Assembly (NCBI RefSeq): GCF_004010195.1
Contig: NC_057711.1
Coordinates: 82,861,237 to 82,925,236, forward strand
Reading direction: 5' to 3'
DNA: 64,000 nucleotides
DNA from: Chiloscyllium plagiosum
Taxonomy: Eukaryota
The notes under the pieces are model-generated. The model had not been told where the DNA came from. It searched no databases and saw only the letters and a program-made list of their open reading frames with translations. Within the stretch, counting starts at the first letter, position 1, and every line of letters starts with the position of its first letter. This document shows, piece by piece, positions 27,195-41,138 of this stretch. Position numbers and translations under genes: made by a program.

Positions 27195-27429
27195 TACCAA
27201 TTCAAGAGGAAATATCAATATTTATACTGCATGAAAGGAGTAACTGATTGATTGCCAAGTACACTGTGAACGGTAGAGACATTGCCCTGACAAAATCTGT
27301 GTTCTTTTCAGCAATACTCAATTTGATTTTAACTTCCTTATTTTCCTTCTTGTTTTTACCTCCTTCAATGTTGCTTATTTTGGGGAATGAGTTCCATTAT
27401 AAAATAATATGCTAAATATCTGTTGTTCT

Positions 27430-28890
27430 TGAGCAGATTGATATGGGGAGTGAGGAGGTATTGGAGGTTTTGGCAGGCTTAACAATGGACACATCCTCAG
27501 GTCCAGATAAGTTGTATCCTAGTCTATTGTGGGACATAGGGAGGAAACCTTAGGGGCCATGACTCAAATTTTTAATTACTTTTTGGCCACAGGAATGGTG
27601 CTAGAGGGCTGGAAGACAGCTAATATGGTTCCACTTTTCAAGAAAGATAGTAAAGATAAACTAAGGAATTACACCCAGTGAGTCTCATGTCTGTGATAGG
27701 GAAGCTGTTGGAGAAAATTCTGAAGGGCAGATTTAATCTCCACTTGGAAAGGCAAGGTTTGATCAGGGATTGTCAGCATGGCTTTGTCAGACAGAGGTCA
27801 TATCCAGCAAATCTGATTGCATTTTTTGAACAGGTGACCAAGTGTGAAGAAGCAGGTAGTGCAGTTTGATGCAGTTTATTTGGATTTCAATAAACTCTTT
27901 GACAAGGACCCACCTAGGAGACTAGTAATTTAGATAAATGTACATAAAATTTAGGGTAACTTATGCACCACAGCAATAAGTGCTGAGACTCTAATTCATT
28001 TAATATATATGTAAACAATGCAGACAAGAGTGTTGAGGTTCAGAATGATAAGTAACTTTGTGGATGACACGAAGGTTGACTGGTGTCAGTGAGGAAGAAG
28101 TTCTTAGATTACTGAAGGATATAAATGGATTAGTTAGATGGCATTTCAGAGGCATTTGGAATTTAACCCTGATTAGTAAGGTGATGCACTTTGGAAGAAG
28201 TAACAAGACAAGGGGGTACTCAATGAATGACAGAACAATAGGAAACTTTTGTTTACAAGTACTTGAAGGTGACAGGGTAAGTTAATAATGTAATTAAGAA
28301 AGCATATGGGACACTCGCCTATATTGGTTTGGTCAAAGCATAGATTATAAGAGTAGGGAAGCTATGTTGGAGCTTTATTGGGCTTTGGTTAAGCCACAGT
28401 TGGAGTACTGTGCACAGTTCTGGTTCCACATAAAAGAAAGGATGTGATTTCATAGGAGTGGGAGCAGAGGACATTCATTAGGATGTTGCCTGGGTTGCAC
28501 CACTTTAGCTATAAAGAGAAGCTGCTAAGTTCTGGTTGTTTTCTTTGGGGAAGAGAAGATCGAGGGGCAATCTGATTGAATTATATAAGATTATGAGGGG
28601 CTTGGACGGGTGAATAGCAAGTAGGTGTTCCTTTTAGTGAAACGGCTAATAACAAGGGAGCATAGTTTTAAGGTGAAAGGCAAGAGGTTTACAGGAAATT
28701 TGAGGAAAATTTATTTCACCTTAGGTTGGTGGTGATCTGGAATGCACTGCCAAACAGAGTTGTTACGATAGGTAACCTCACTTATTTTAAAAAAAATATA
28801 TGGATGAGCATTCAGGGCTATGAGGCTAGTGCTAGAAGGTGGGACTAGTGCAGATTTAAAGGGCTGTTCAGTGCTATATGATTCTATGAA
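27430..28890 (+). mobile_element. Decayed CR1 ORF2 (RT to 3' end)
   Basis: ORF 27678 SLMSVIGKLLEKIL..QHGFV; downstream RPQLEYCAQFW-like and RGDL-like DNA. Confidence 0.8.
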
Positions 28891-29179
28891 TGCCTCAGTA
28901 ATTTCTTCATTGCCTGTCTTAAATTTACCAATCTTTGCTTCTAAGAAATCAACAATAACTTTATCTCTTCTTTTATTTACACTGTTTTTCTTTTTCTGGC
29001 TACTTTACTCTTATATTCTAGTTTTTACCTGAATCAAATTTTTAGTGGCCCTTTGCTGGTTTCTAATTTAGTCCCAATTATCAGACTTGTTTCTATTTCA
29101 TGCAATATTAATAAGCCAATAAACAACCTTTAGTCCTCTAATAAAGTGAAATCTGATTATTGAAATTTTTGTGTTTGTC

Positions 29180-30592
29180 AATAGACAATAGACAGTAGGT
29201 GCAGGAGTAGGCCATTCTGCCCTTCGAGCCTGCACAACCATTCAATATGATCATGGATGATCATCCTTAATCAGTTTTCTGTCCTGCCTTATCTCCATAA
29301 CCCTTGATTCCACAATCATTGATAGCTCTATCCAACTCTTTCTTAAATGAATCCAGAGATTGGGCCTCCATTGCCCTCTGGGGCAGAGCATTCCACACAG
29401 CCACCACTCTCTGGGTGAAGAAGTTTCTCCTCAGCTCTGTCCTAAATGGTCTACCCCGTACTTTTAAGCTGTGTCCTCTGGTTTGGCACTCACCCATCAG
29501 CGGAAACATGTTTCCTGCCTCTCGAGTGTCCAATCCTTTAATAATCTTATATGTCTCAATCAGATCCCCTCTCAGTCTTCTAAACTCAAGGGTATACAAG
29601 CCAAGTTGCTCCAGTCTTTCAGTGTAAGGTAAACTCGCCATTCCAGGAATTGACCTCGTGAACCTACGCTGCACTCCCTCAATAGCCAGAATGTCTTTCC
29701 TCAAATTTGGAGACCAGAACTGCACACAGTACTCCAGGTGTGGTCTCACCAGGGCCCTGTACAGCTGCAGAAGAACTTCTTTGCTTCTATACTCAATCCC
29801 TCTNNNNNNNNNNNNNNNNNNNNNNNNNNNNNNNNNNNNNNNNNNNNNNNNNNNNNNNNNNNNNNNNNNNNNNNNNNNNNNNNNNNNNNNNNNNNNNNNN
29901 NNNNNNNNNNNNNNNNNNNNNNNNNNNNNNNNNNNNNNNNNNNNNNNNNNNNNNNNNNNNNNNNNNNNNNNNNNNNNNNNNNNNNNNNNNNNNNNNNNNN
30001 NNNNNNNNNNNNNNGATCTCCCTCGTCCATCTTCAGAGTTACATCCTCAAAAAATTCCAGAGGATTAGTCAAGCATGATTTTCCCTTCATAAATCCATAC
30101 TGACTCTGACCTATTCTGTTACTACTATCCAGATGTGTCATAACTTCATCCTTTACAATAGACTCCAGCATCTTTCCCACCACTGAGGTCAGACTAACTG
30201 GTCTATAATTTCCTGTTTTCTCTCTCCCACCTTTCTTAAAAAATGATACAACATTAGCCACCCTCCAATCTGCAGGAACTGATCCCGAATCTATTGATCT
30301 CTGGAAAATAATCACCAACGCATCCACGATTTCTCGAGCCACCTCCTTCAGTACCCTAGGATGTAGACCATCAGGCCCCGGGGACTTATCAACCTTCAGA
30401 CCTAACAGCCTCTCCAACACCAATTCCTGGCAAATATAAATTCCCTTAAGTTCAGGTCCTTCAGCCACTGTTACCTCAGGGAGATTGCTTGTGTCTTCCC
30501 CAGTGAACACAGATCTGAAGTACCAATTCAATTCTTCTGCCTTTTTCTTTGTTCCCCGTAATATATTCCCCTGTTTCTATCTTCAAGGGCCC
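29180..30592 (-). mobile_element. Young CR1 ORF2 spanning an assembly gap
   Basis: ORFs 29746-30531 (KSPGPDGLHPRVLKE..GKSCLTN) and 29267-29749 (RPHLEYCVQFW..WNALP). Confidence 0.88.
29804..30014. other. Assembly gap (211 N)
   Basis: Run of N. Confidence 1.
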
Positions 30593-30949
30593 AATGAGTA
30601 CAAGACAAAAAGCTTTAGCAACAAGACTGTCTTTTCAGCAATACAAAATGGAAGGTCTACAATAAGTCAGGGTGAAGGGCAAGTGAGATTAAATGGCAAA
30701 AGTTTTCATGGTAATAGAATAAGTAAGTAAATGAAATTGTGTCTAGAGAAGGTGTAAATGGCAGGATAACAGCCATCCAAATGCCAAGTAAAGCATTTAT
30801 GCAAAAAAGAGATCAAATCAAACCAGTCCAAACAAACAAAACAAAACTTCTCCCCCATTCTGTTATGTTCTAACATTCATATTCACTGTCAATATAATGT
30901 GTTCAGTGGAAATATGAAGTGTTAGAACACTGTTAAAGAGTCTGTTTCT

Positions 30950-32190
30950 AGAACTTTACAGTGCAGAACAGGCCCTTCAGCCCTCAATGTTGCACCGACC
31001 TGTGAACTATTCTCAGTCCCCCTACACTAGCCCATCATCATCCATGTGCTTATCCAAGGATTGATTAAATCTCCGTAATGTGACTGAGTTAACTACATTG
31101 ACAGGTAGGGCATTCCACGCCCTTACCACCCTCTGAGTAAAGAACCTGCCTCTGATATCTGTCTTAAATCTATCACCCCTCAATTTGTAGTTATGCCCCC
31201 TCGTACAAGCTAATACCATGATCCTAGGAAAAAGTCTTTCACTATCTACCCTATCTAATCCTCTGATTATCTTGTATGTCTCTATCAAATCCCTTCTTCT
31301 TTCCAATGAGAATAGACCCAGTCTCTCAACCTTTCCTCATAAGATCTTCCCTCCAGACCAGGCAACATTCTGGTAAATCTCCTCTACACCTTTTCCAATG
31401 CTTCCACATCCTTCGCAAAATATGGCGACCAGAACCGTACACAATATTCCAAGTGTGGCCGCACTAGCGTTTTGTATAGTTGCAGCATGATATTGCGGCT
31501 CCGGAACTCAATCCCTCTACCAATGAAACCTAACACACCGTATGCCTTCTTAATAGCACTATCAACCTGGGTGGCAACTTTCAGGGATTTATGTACATGG
31601 ACTCTAAGATCCCTCTGCACATCCACACTACCAAGAATTTTCCATTGACCCAGTACTCTGCCTTCCTGTTATTCTTCCCAAAGTGCATCACCTCACATTT
31701 AGCTGCATTGAATTCCATTTGCCACCTCTCAGCCCAATTCTGCAGTTTATCCAAGTATGCCTGCAACCTGTAACATTCTTCCAAACTGTCCAGTACACCA
31801 CCGACTTTAGTGTCATCTGCAAATTTACTAATCCATCCACCTATGCCTGCGTCTAAGTCATTTATAAAAATGGCAAACAGTAGTCATCCCAAAACAGATC
31901 CTTGTGGCACACCACTAGTAACCGGACTCCAGGCTGAATATTTTCCATCAACCACCACTCACTGCCTTATTTCAGAAAGCCAGTTTCTAATCCAAACTGC
32001 TAAATCACTCTCAATCCCATGCCTCTGCATTTTCTCCAACAGCCTACCATGTGGAACCTTATCAAAGGCTTTACTGAAGTCCATGTATACCACGTCACCT
32101 GCCCTACCCTCATCTACATGCTTGGTCACCTTCTCAAAAAACTCAATGAGGTTTGTGAGACACGACCTGCCCTTGACGAAACCATGTTTC
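30950..32190 (-). mobile_element. CR1 ORF2 RT and 3' end with frameshifts
   Basis: ORFs 31022-31306, 31384-31626 and 31581-31784 are consecutive CR1 segments. Confidence 0.88.
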
Positions 32191-33916
32191 TGTGCTGAAT
32201 GATTATGACTCTATGAACAAGATCAGAAATAAGAGAGAGGGAGCAAAATAGGGAAGTATTATTCCAGATAATTGCAACTGAAACTCTGGGTCATGCTTGC
32301 CGACTGAATGGTTCCTCTAAGTAGACAGCCAGCCTATTTTGGTCTCTTCTGTATAGAGGGGACTACACTGAAGCAGCTAGTAGAGCATACTAATTGAAAG
32401 GTGTAATAGTACATAGTTGTCACTTGAAAGCAGTCTTTATGTTTTGACTTGGTTAAGGGAGGAACTGAAAAGTCAGGTGTTCTATTCCCTCCATGGAGGA
32501 GTTTTTTGATGACTGACAAATAGATAGGATGACATCTTTAGAATGCCATAAGATGAGGAGAAGATTGATTGCTGTTTATAGCTTACTGTAGCTGGCAGAA
32601 ATATCAGAGGATGCTTCGTTGGATATGGAGGTTTGCATTATGTAAGGTGAAGTTAAGGAAATCCCTATCATGGTTTTGAGGAGAAGGGAAGTGTTGAGAG
32701 CAGAATGTTGTGAAGCAGAGCATAAAATGTTTTTTTCCTTTTCGAGGACTCCTCTTAAGATTTTCTCAAGAGCTTTTTTAAAATTTTTGGCACCTACAGT
32801 TTTAGTTTTCACAGGCTGCCTTTTCATCCTCACTAACTGTTCGTTTTTAATGATGCAGTCCAGTGTTTGTGTTGATGTATGAAGTCACACGCTTTTGTGT
32901 TAGTAAAATTCATTAATATCCTCAATAATTATCAACTGTCCCTTCAATTTAGGCTGCAACACACAAGAAATGCACTGATTCCAGGACACCATTGTATTTA
33001 AACTAGTACAAAGACGACATCTGTTTTGCAAAATAACTGACACACACTTCTAAGCATAAAAAAAACCATCACCCTAGAGTTATGGTTAATGTGTTTCTAT
33101 TGCATGTTTGCAATGCTGGAATATTTTCAACCATGCAGTTACTATCCTTTTTATGCATCTTTGATCTCAATCTCACATTAAATTTAACAGTTGACCCAGT
33201 GCTAACTGCAAATGTTCACTGCATTTTCTTCACATAGCACCTGAACATTTGCAAACCTTAAGCCAGAGATTCTGCATTCATTTACAAATAATTAATTACC
33301 GCAATGAATTCAAATTGTAGTTAGGTATGTATTCCTTTATTGCCAGTTCTGGAACTGCTGTCATTTCTTTGCATCTCCCCCCCTCCCCTCTCCTGCAAAC
33401 TTCCCTTGTAGCCTCTGTTTTTCCCATCTCCCTTACTACCTCCATGCTCTCCTCCTCCCGTGAAGTCTTTCTGTTTTTCAACTTTACCCAACCCTCGCAG
33501 TCTCCCTGTCTTTTCTCTAACCCTTTCGCTCCCTTGTCCATCCTCCTTCCTCATCTTCCTTGCAAATACCCAACAATCTGTAGACTCCTTGAAGCTTCCA
33601 TGTCTCTTCCATATCCCTGATTGCCTCCATGGGCCTGAACAAAAAGCAACACCCACCTACTCAGTACACAAGCCACCATATGGCTGCAGCAGTAAGGGGA
33701 CATTCAAGGATTGATTCAACAGCAGTCCTGCGTATTTTGAACACTGATGTGAAATAGAATGAACGTTGTCAAGGGCCCTGTCAACCATCGTGCAGGAAAT
33801 CCTCATTTAAGGAAAAGAAAGAGATCAAAAGCATAAGTATGGAACGTTGCATCATCTGAACATTTGTGAGAGTGGACTAGAGTTTTTAATTCAATGTCAT
33901 GTGATATTTCTTTCAG

Positions 33917-34114
33917 CTAATTTGTTCCTATGTCTTCATGCCACTTGCTTTCCTGATGGGAGTAGACTGGAATGACAGCTTTATAGTTGGCGAGCTCCTC
34001 GGAGTGAAAACTTTCTTCAATGAATTTGTAGCTTACGAGAGGTTATCTGGCCTGATTGCCAAAAGAATTGATGGCAACCTTGAATATGTTGATGGTTTGA
34101 AGCAATATTTATCA
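33917..34114 (+). CDS. SLC28A3: CNT3-like internal exon D (198 nt, phase 0/0)
   Basis: tttcag|CTA...TCA|gtaagt. Translates to LICSYVFMPLAFLMGVDWNDSFIVGELLGVKTFFNEFVAYERLSGLIAKRIDGNLEYVDGLKQYLS, which contains the CNT signature GxKxxxNEFVAY. Confidence 0.95.
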
Positions 34115-34459
34115 GTAAGTAAACATAATTATTTCTGTGATATTATACTTATTCAAATAGCATCATACATATTTTAATTAACTATTCAAAAGAATGATCA
34201 CACAAGACCTGTTTGAGTTAACTAGCACAGAATTAGAAAATGTTCAAGGGCTTATAACTGAATTAATTGTCAGTTCATTAACTAGTTACAAATGATTTGG
34301 AATGAACCCAATGATGAAAATTCAGGCCAGAATCAGGGTGCATCATTACGGAGGATGAAAGTTTAGCCATGCTGTAGCTGGGTTCCAGTTGTGCAATAGT
34401 GTGTAACTGCTGTCAAGCCATGCTGAGTATAATTGGTGACAGTAATATGACCAATACTT

Positions 34460-37400
34460 TATTCTATACATTCACGTACATATTAGTTAATAAGGGTTAG
34501 GGGTTACAAGCAGACATTGTTTTCGGGGATTATGATGTTGTGGTGAAAATGGAAACCTGCCTTAAGGAAGAGCATATCTGTGTGTTCAATATTTCTGGAG
34601 GAAAGGAAAGAAAATTGAGGTCTTTTGGTGTCAAAAGATGGTTAAGGAAAGCCTTACAGTCTAGGATGAATAAGCTGCTTTTGAACGTTCTGAGAATAGA
34701 ATCAATGTGGGTACAATTAAGGAAAAAGAAGAATGAAATTACATTGCACGCTGTAATATGTACATCACCATTTGCTGGGAAGGATTTGATGGATCAAATT
34801 TGCAAGGCAGTTATAGAAAGCTATAAACATCATTGAATAGTTACAGTAGTGAAAGATAATTACTCATATATTGACTAAGGAACAGTGAGGGCCAAATGCC
34901 CTGAGATTGTGTTGAGGAGAATTTCCCTCAGCAATATGTGTCCAGTTCAACATGAAATGATGCACTGCTGGACATGGTTCTTGCAAATGAGATGGGCCTC
35001 ATCAAGTAGATCAAGTGACAGTGGAGGAATATTTAGGAGAGAGTAATATTCTACCTGATAGTAGGAAATGATATTGGTCAAACCATAGTAAGAATAAGCA
35101 ACTATCAGAGAGCAGACCTTAATGAGGTGAGAAGAGATTTGGGCCATAGAGACTGGAATAAAAGTTTGGGATTATAAATATTAGCTGAACAATGGACTGC
35201 CTTCAAAGAGAATATTATTTGGGCACAGTCAAGATATATTTCCTCAAAACTGAAAGATAAGATAAACAAATTCAAGGTTCTTGGATGACAAAGGAGATAC
35301 AAATTAAGTTAAAGGAGAAAAAAATAACAGGTGACATATAGGAAATACAGTCAAGGTTAGAGTGGTGCTAAAAAAGCAAAGCAGGTCAGGCAGCATCCGA
35401 GGAGCAGGAAAATTGACCTTTCGAGCAAAAGCCTTTCATCAGGAATGACGCTGGGAGCCTCGGGGGTGGAAAGATGAATGGGAGAAGGGTGGGGCTGGAG
35501 AGAAGGTAGCTGAGAGTGCAATAGATGGATGGAGGTGGGGTGAAGGTGATTGGTCGGAGAGGAGGGTGGAGCGGATAGGTGGGAAGGAAGATTGACAGGT
35601 GGGACAGGTCATGAGGAAGGTTGGAACTGGGGTAAGGTGGGGGAGGGGAAATGAAGTCCACATTGATGCCATGGGGTTGAAGCATCCCGAGGCAGAAGAT
35701 GAGGTGTTCTTCTTCCAGGTGTCGGGTGGTGAGGGAGTGGTGGTGGAGGAGGCCCAGGAACTGCATGTCTTCGGCGGAGTGGGAGGAGGAGTTGAAATGT
35801 TCGGCCACGGGGCGGTGGGGTTGATTGGTGTGGGTGTCCCAGAGATGTTCTCTGAAGCGCTCTGCAAGAAGGCGTCCGGTTTTCCCAATGTAGAGGAGAC
35901 TGCATCGGGAGCAACGAAGTAAACGCCATGTGTGGAAGTGCAGGTGAAACTTTGATGGATGTGGAAGGCTCCTTTGAGGCCTTGGACGGAGGTGAGGGGG
36001 AAGGTGTGGGCGCAGCTTTTGCAATTTCTGTGGTGGCAGGGGAAGGTGTGGGAGGGGTGTGTGGGTTGTTGGGCGACTTGGACTTGACCAGGTAGACGTG
36101 GAGGGAACGATCTTTGCAGAAAGTGGATAGGGGTGGGGAGGAAAATATCCCTGGTGGTGGGGTCCATTTGTAAGTGGCGGAAATGTCAGCGGATGATGTG
36201 ATTTATTCTGAGGTATGGGGAGTAGAAGGTGAGGACCAATAGGGCATCTGTCCTTGTTGCGGTTGGAGGGTTGGGGTTTCAGGGCGGAGGTGGGTCCTCC
36301 TTGGAACAGATGCAGTGGAGGCGGAGGAATTGGGAATACAGGATAGCAATTTAGCAGGAGGTAGGGTGGGAGGAGGTGTAATCCAGGTAGCTAGGGGAGT
36401 TGGTGGGCTTGTAAAATATGTCAGTGTTGAGTCGGTTATCATTGATGGAGATGGAGAGGTCCAGGAAGGGGAGAGAGGTGTCAGAGATCGCCCAGGTGAA
36501 TTTAAGGTTGGGTGGTATGTGTTGAAGTTGATAAACTGTTCAACCTCCTTGTGGGAGCACAAGGTAGCGCCGATGCAGTCATCAATGTAGCAGAGGAAAA
36601 GGTGGAGAGTGGTGCTGGTGTAAGTCTGGAAGATGGACTGTTCTATGTAGCCGACGAAGAGACAGGCATAGCTGGGGCCCCATGCAGGTGCCCATGGCTA
36701 CCCCTTTTGTCTGGAGGAAGTGGGAGGATTCGAAGGAGAAATTGTTGAGGGTGAGGATCAGTTCAGCCAAACAAATAAAAGTGTCAGTGGAAGGGTACTG
36801 GTAGGGACGTCGGGAGAGGAAGAAACGGAGGGCTTGGAGGTCCTGGTCATGGTGGATGGGGGTGTAGAGGGACTGGATGTCCTTGATGAAGATGAGGCGT
36901 TGGGGTCCAGGGAAACGGAAGTCATAGAGGAGGTGGATGGCGTGGGTGGTGTCCCGAACATATGTGGGGAGTTCCTGGACCGGGGGATAGGACAGTATCA
37001 AGGTAGGTGGGATGAATTTGGTGGAGCAGGAGCAGGCTGAGATGATGAAATGCAGGTAGGAAATACAGTTGACAATGACGCTGAGTACAGAAAATTCAGA
37101 AGTGAGAAATGAAGAGGGATTATGAAAAACTATTGGCAGTTAACGTAAAAGGAAATCCCAGCACATCAATTGTAAAAGGGAGCAGTAGGACTGTTTATGG
37201 ACCAAAAAGAGGGATTTATATTAAGAGATATGGGGCATGACTGAGGTGTTAAATGATGGCTTTACATTTATCCTTACTTCTGAGGCACATGCTGCCCAAC
37301 CCATGGTGACAGAGGAGGAAACTCTGTCATGAGACAGTTTAGAATTGATAAGAAGGAAGTATTGGATAAGGCACTGAGACCAAATGAAATGCAAAGGATA

Positions 37401-38990
37401 CTGAAGGAAGTGAGTAGAAATTGCAAAGAAACTGGCAATTATCTTTCAATCTTCCTTGGACTTGGGGGAGGTGATGCTGGAGACTGGAGAATGTTAAATA
37501 TTATTACTTTGTTCAAAAAATATTCTAAGATTCGTCCAGCAATGATAGACCAACATGTTTGACATTGATGATGTTGAAGTTTCTAGAAACAATTATTCTG
37601 GGTAGAATTAATAATCATGGAAAAATATAGATTGTTTCAGAATAATCAATGTGTATTTTTAAGGGGAATTTATGCCTATCTAACTTACTTGGGTTTTTGA
37701 GGAGCTGACAGAGGGTTGAGAATGATAGTGCTGTTGATGTGACAAACGTGGATTTGCGTGGTTGTGGGTAGCTTCGCCAAGCTGGCAAGTTGATTTGCAG
37801 ATGTTTTGTCCCCTGTCTAGATGACATCTTAGTGCTTTGGAGCCTCCTGTGAAGCCATACACAGACTTCCAAAGGTGTATGATTTGGTACCACACAGCAG
37901 ACTTGAGGAAATTTATAGGCGTGGAGAAAAAGGGACATAGAAAAGTGGATATGAAATTGTTTGAGGTGTAGGAAACAGTAGCAAATAATGAGCATTTTTC
38001 AGGCTGGAAGGAGGTTAATAATGGAGTTCCCAAGGGGTCAAGGTTGGGGCCCTTGCTTTTCTGCATATATGTAAGTAATCTAGATCTTGGATGCAAGAAA
38101 ACATTAAACTTGTAAATGGTGAAGAGGAAAGTGTAGATTCTACAAAGGACATAGGCAAGTTGTTGGAGTGGGTGGATAGATGGCAGATGAAGTTCAATGT
38201 AGAAAAGTGTGAGGTGATGCGCTTTCAAAGTACATGGGGAGACAATACAAAATAAAGGATACTATTTGAAATGGTTTGCTGGAGCAGAGAAACCCAAGTG
38301 TATATATACACAAGTCACTAAAGATAGCGGCCTTTAATGAGTTATTTGTAAATCATACAGTATTCTAGGTTTTACAATAGAGTGTAAGAGTAGGGACACT
38401 ATGATAAACTTATAGAAGACATACATTAGACATCATCTGGAGTATTATGTACATGTTCTGGGTGCCACTGTATAGAAGGAAAGAAAGAATGTGAATAAAT
38501 TGGAGAGAGTACAGGAAAAGTTAAGGGAATGGTTCCAGGGATGAGACATGAATAAAGATTGGAAAAGTGGGACTGCTTATTTTGGAGAGGAGAAGCCGAG
38601 AGGAGATTTGATAAACACTGTCAAAAACAAAAAAGGGTCTGGACAGAGGGATTATAGGGAAACTGTTCCCACTGGTAAATAGATTGGGAATCAAAGGGTA
38701 GCGTTTTGAAGTGCTTTGCTAAAGAACATAGAACAATAGTTCTATTGTTCTGAAGCTATTGCTACATATGAAGTGAAAAAACAAAAATTCACGCTGCGAG
38801 TATTTTGGGTATGGAATGAGCTGCGTGGAATATGATGGAGCAAGGTTACATTTGGCATTCTAAAGGGCCTTTGACAATTATTTAAATAGGAACAATGTGC
38901 TGCATTGTGAGGAAATGCAAAAGGGTGGCACTAAGCTAAAATACTGAGACAGCCAGTCCCCAGACATGAGCAACTAAATGACCACTTCTG
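34460..38990 (+). mobile_element. Old CR1 ORF2 (endonuclease to 3' end), split by a Penelope insertion
   Basis: ORF 34540 has EN-like ESMWVQLR; ggagttccccaaggg (GVPQG) at about 38023; WQMKFNVEKCEVM-like DNA at about 38180. Confidence 0.7.
35352..37045 (-). mobile_element. Penelope-like element (RT, GIY-YIG endonuclease, terminal repeat), 5'-truncated and decayed
   Basis: RT motifs KDIQSLYT..LTLNNFSF..QTKGVAMG (ORF 36582-37001); GIY-YIG RCSRCSLLYIGKTGRLLAERFREH..PVAEHFN (ORF 35386-36024); terminal cctgatgaaaggcttttgctcgaaa; 13-bp repeat taggaaatacagt at 35339-35351 and 37057-37069. Confidence 0.9.
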
Positions 38991-39228
38991 ACCGAAGACC
39001 ATTTTATGATTGCATTTATAATATTTGTAGTCATGAATCAATGAACTCAACAATATTTTATACATCTCTCTTTTAGTTTTAAATATTTTTCTCAAAATGT
39101 CAATTCAGTTTCGCAAACTCAAATCTATTTTACTTTGTATCAGTAAATTAAAGTACTGGATCAGAATTTTGTTTTCTTTTTTTCTGAATAATCATGTATT
39201 CAGTTTCTTTACTCTGGCTTTTTCATAG

Positions 39229-39310
39229 ATCCGTTCTGAAGCTATTGCTACATATGCCCTCTGTGGGTTTGCTAATTTTGGTTCTATTGGCATTGTTATA
39301 GGAGGACTGT
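39229..39310 (+). CDS. SLC28A3: CNT3-like internal exon E (82 nt, phase 0/1)
   Basis: tttcatag|ATC...CTGT|gtaagt. Translates to IRSEAIATYALCGFANFGSIGIVIGGL, with the conserved ALCGFAN motif. Too short for the ORF track. Confidence 0.94.
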
Positions 39311-39989
39311 GTAAGTTTTTTTAAAATTTGTGTTAATGGTTGTGTGCTTTAAAACTGTTAGGATATAGAATTAGACACAGTGTTTGAACTATGCAATGTC
39401 ACTCTATATTTTTAGAGCAGACATCAAATTCTGAAGTATGCGGTTATGAGGTAAATTGCATGTTTACCTAGCGCAGAACTTAAAATGTGACAGACATGTG
39501 ATTTATGATATGTATTTAAAGAAGACACCAACAGGGAATGTCTAGTTTGAAAATATATTCATTTACTGATATTCATTCTTGCATCATGATCATTATAAAG
39601 CTATTTTCTATTTCTTCACTTTTTAAAAGCCTCTTTATTCCACATTGCTTCCCAATATTATGAATTTCACTTGTTCTACTTTCTGTTGTGAAGTTTCTAA
39701 CTCCCATGCTTTCCAACAGACCTTGTTTCTTTCTTTATACTCTACCCCCATTTGTAGCTGCTTTCAACATGGTTTGTGTGTTCTTGTTTGTAGAACTAAG
39801 GTCAGGATTTTGAAGCTTCTTCAAAATGATATTGTAAGGCAATGGGGACATTCTTGGTATAATGGTGGCTTATTATAGATTCCTTCTCCACTTCGGTTAC
39901 ACCACTGTACTCATTCAAGTGTTCTTTGTATCTTACTGAGACTTGCATCATACTGCCACATATTTACTTGTGCAATAACCATTGTGATT

Positions 39990-40772
39990 AACTCCATGTA
40001 ATGCTGATAAATATCTGAGCATGCTGGATGTGGAGAATACCATGGGTCCTGACAACTTCCTAGAAGTAAGGCTGAATATGTGTGCTCCAGAACTAGCTGC
40101 TTCTCTTGCCAAGCTGTTTGAGTAAAGCTACAACATTGGCATCTACCTGACAATGTGGAAAATTGCCCAAGTATGTCCTGTTTACAAATTTAAATTGATC
40201 AATTACTGTCCCATCAGTCTATCATCAATCATCAGCGTAGTGATTGAAGGTGCTATCAACTGACAGTGACTCATCAATAACCTGCTCACTGATACTCAGT
40301 TGAGTGTTCCACCAGTATGGTTTGGTACCTTACCTTATTACTATGTAGGTACAAATATGGGCTTTAACTGTATTCCAGAAGTCAAAGGAGAGTGACCTTG
40401 ACACCAATGAAACATTTTACTGAGTGTGGCATCAAAGAGGAGCCCTTGCCAATCTATGTCATTAAGGTTCAGGGAACACCTTTCTCTGTGGCTGGAGTCA
40501 GACCTAACAAACAAAGTTTATGTTCACCATCTTAGCCCTTGGCCTTTACTATAGGATTTCTTTAGTTCTGGGCCAGTCTCCTGCTGAATCATTAATAATG
40601 TTCCCTCCATTATAAGGTTAGAAAAGAAGATGTTTGTTGATTGCTCAATATTTAATTCCACTCACAGTCCCTTAGATAATAAAGAAACCATACCTCATTG
40701 GGACAAAATTCATACTTTAGTTGATAAATGATCAGTAACATGTGCACCACACATGCCAGGCAATGACCTTCA
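39990..40772 (+). mobile_element. Old CR1/L2-group LINE RT fragment (resumes at about 43628)
   Basis: DNA encoding MGPDN..CAPELAASLAKLF..GIYLTMWKIAQVCPV..NYCPISL; ccaggcaatgacc at the break continues as tctccatcaaaagag after 43628. Confidence 0.65.
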
Positions 40773-41138
40773 GCATCAGCCTTGATTCAGTGGGTAGTAC
40801 TCTTGCCTCAGAGTCACAAAAGTTTGAGTTCATGTTCCACTTCAGGACATGAGCACAAAGATCCAGAGTGACAATAAGTTCAGTAATGAGAGAGGTTTAC
40901 ATTATCAGAGGTGCTATCTTTTGGGTGAGGTGTTAAACTGAGGTCCTTTTACCCTTTCAGGTGGATATAAACGATGACATTATTTCACTTCATTTTAAAG
41001 AAAAACCTGGTGCCCTGGTTAATTTGTCCCTTAGTCAACTTCAGATGAAAACAGATATCTAGTCTTTATCTGATTATGGAAGATATTTCTGACAATGCAA
41101 CAATGGCATACTTCTTAACTATCTCGTTGACTGTAAAC

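Noticed and set aside
29804..30014. ORFs spanning the N run, and an apparent CR1 deletion there
   Set aside because: Assembly gap. The missing CR1 portion looks longer than 211 nt, so the gap size is unreliable.
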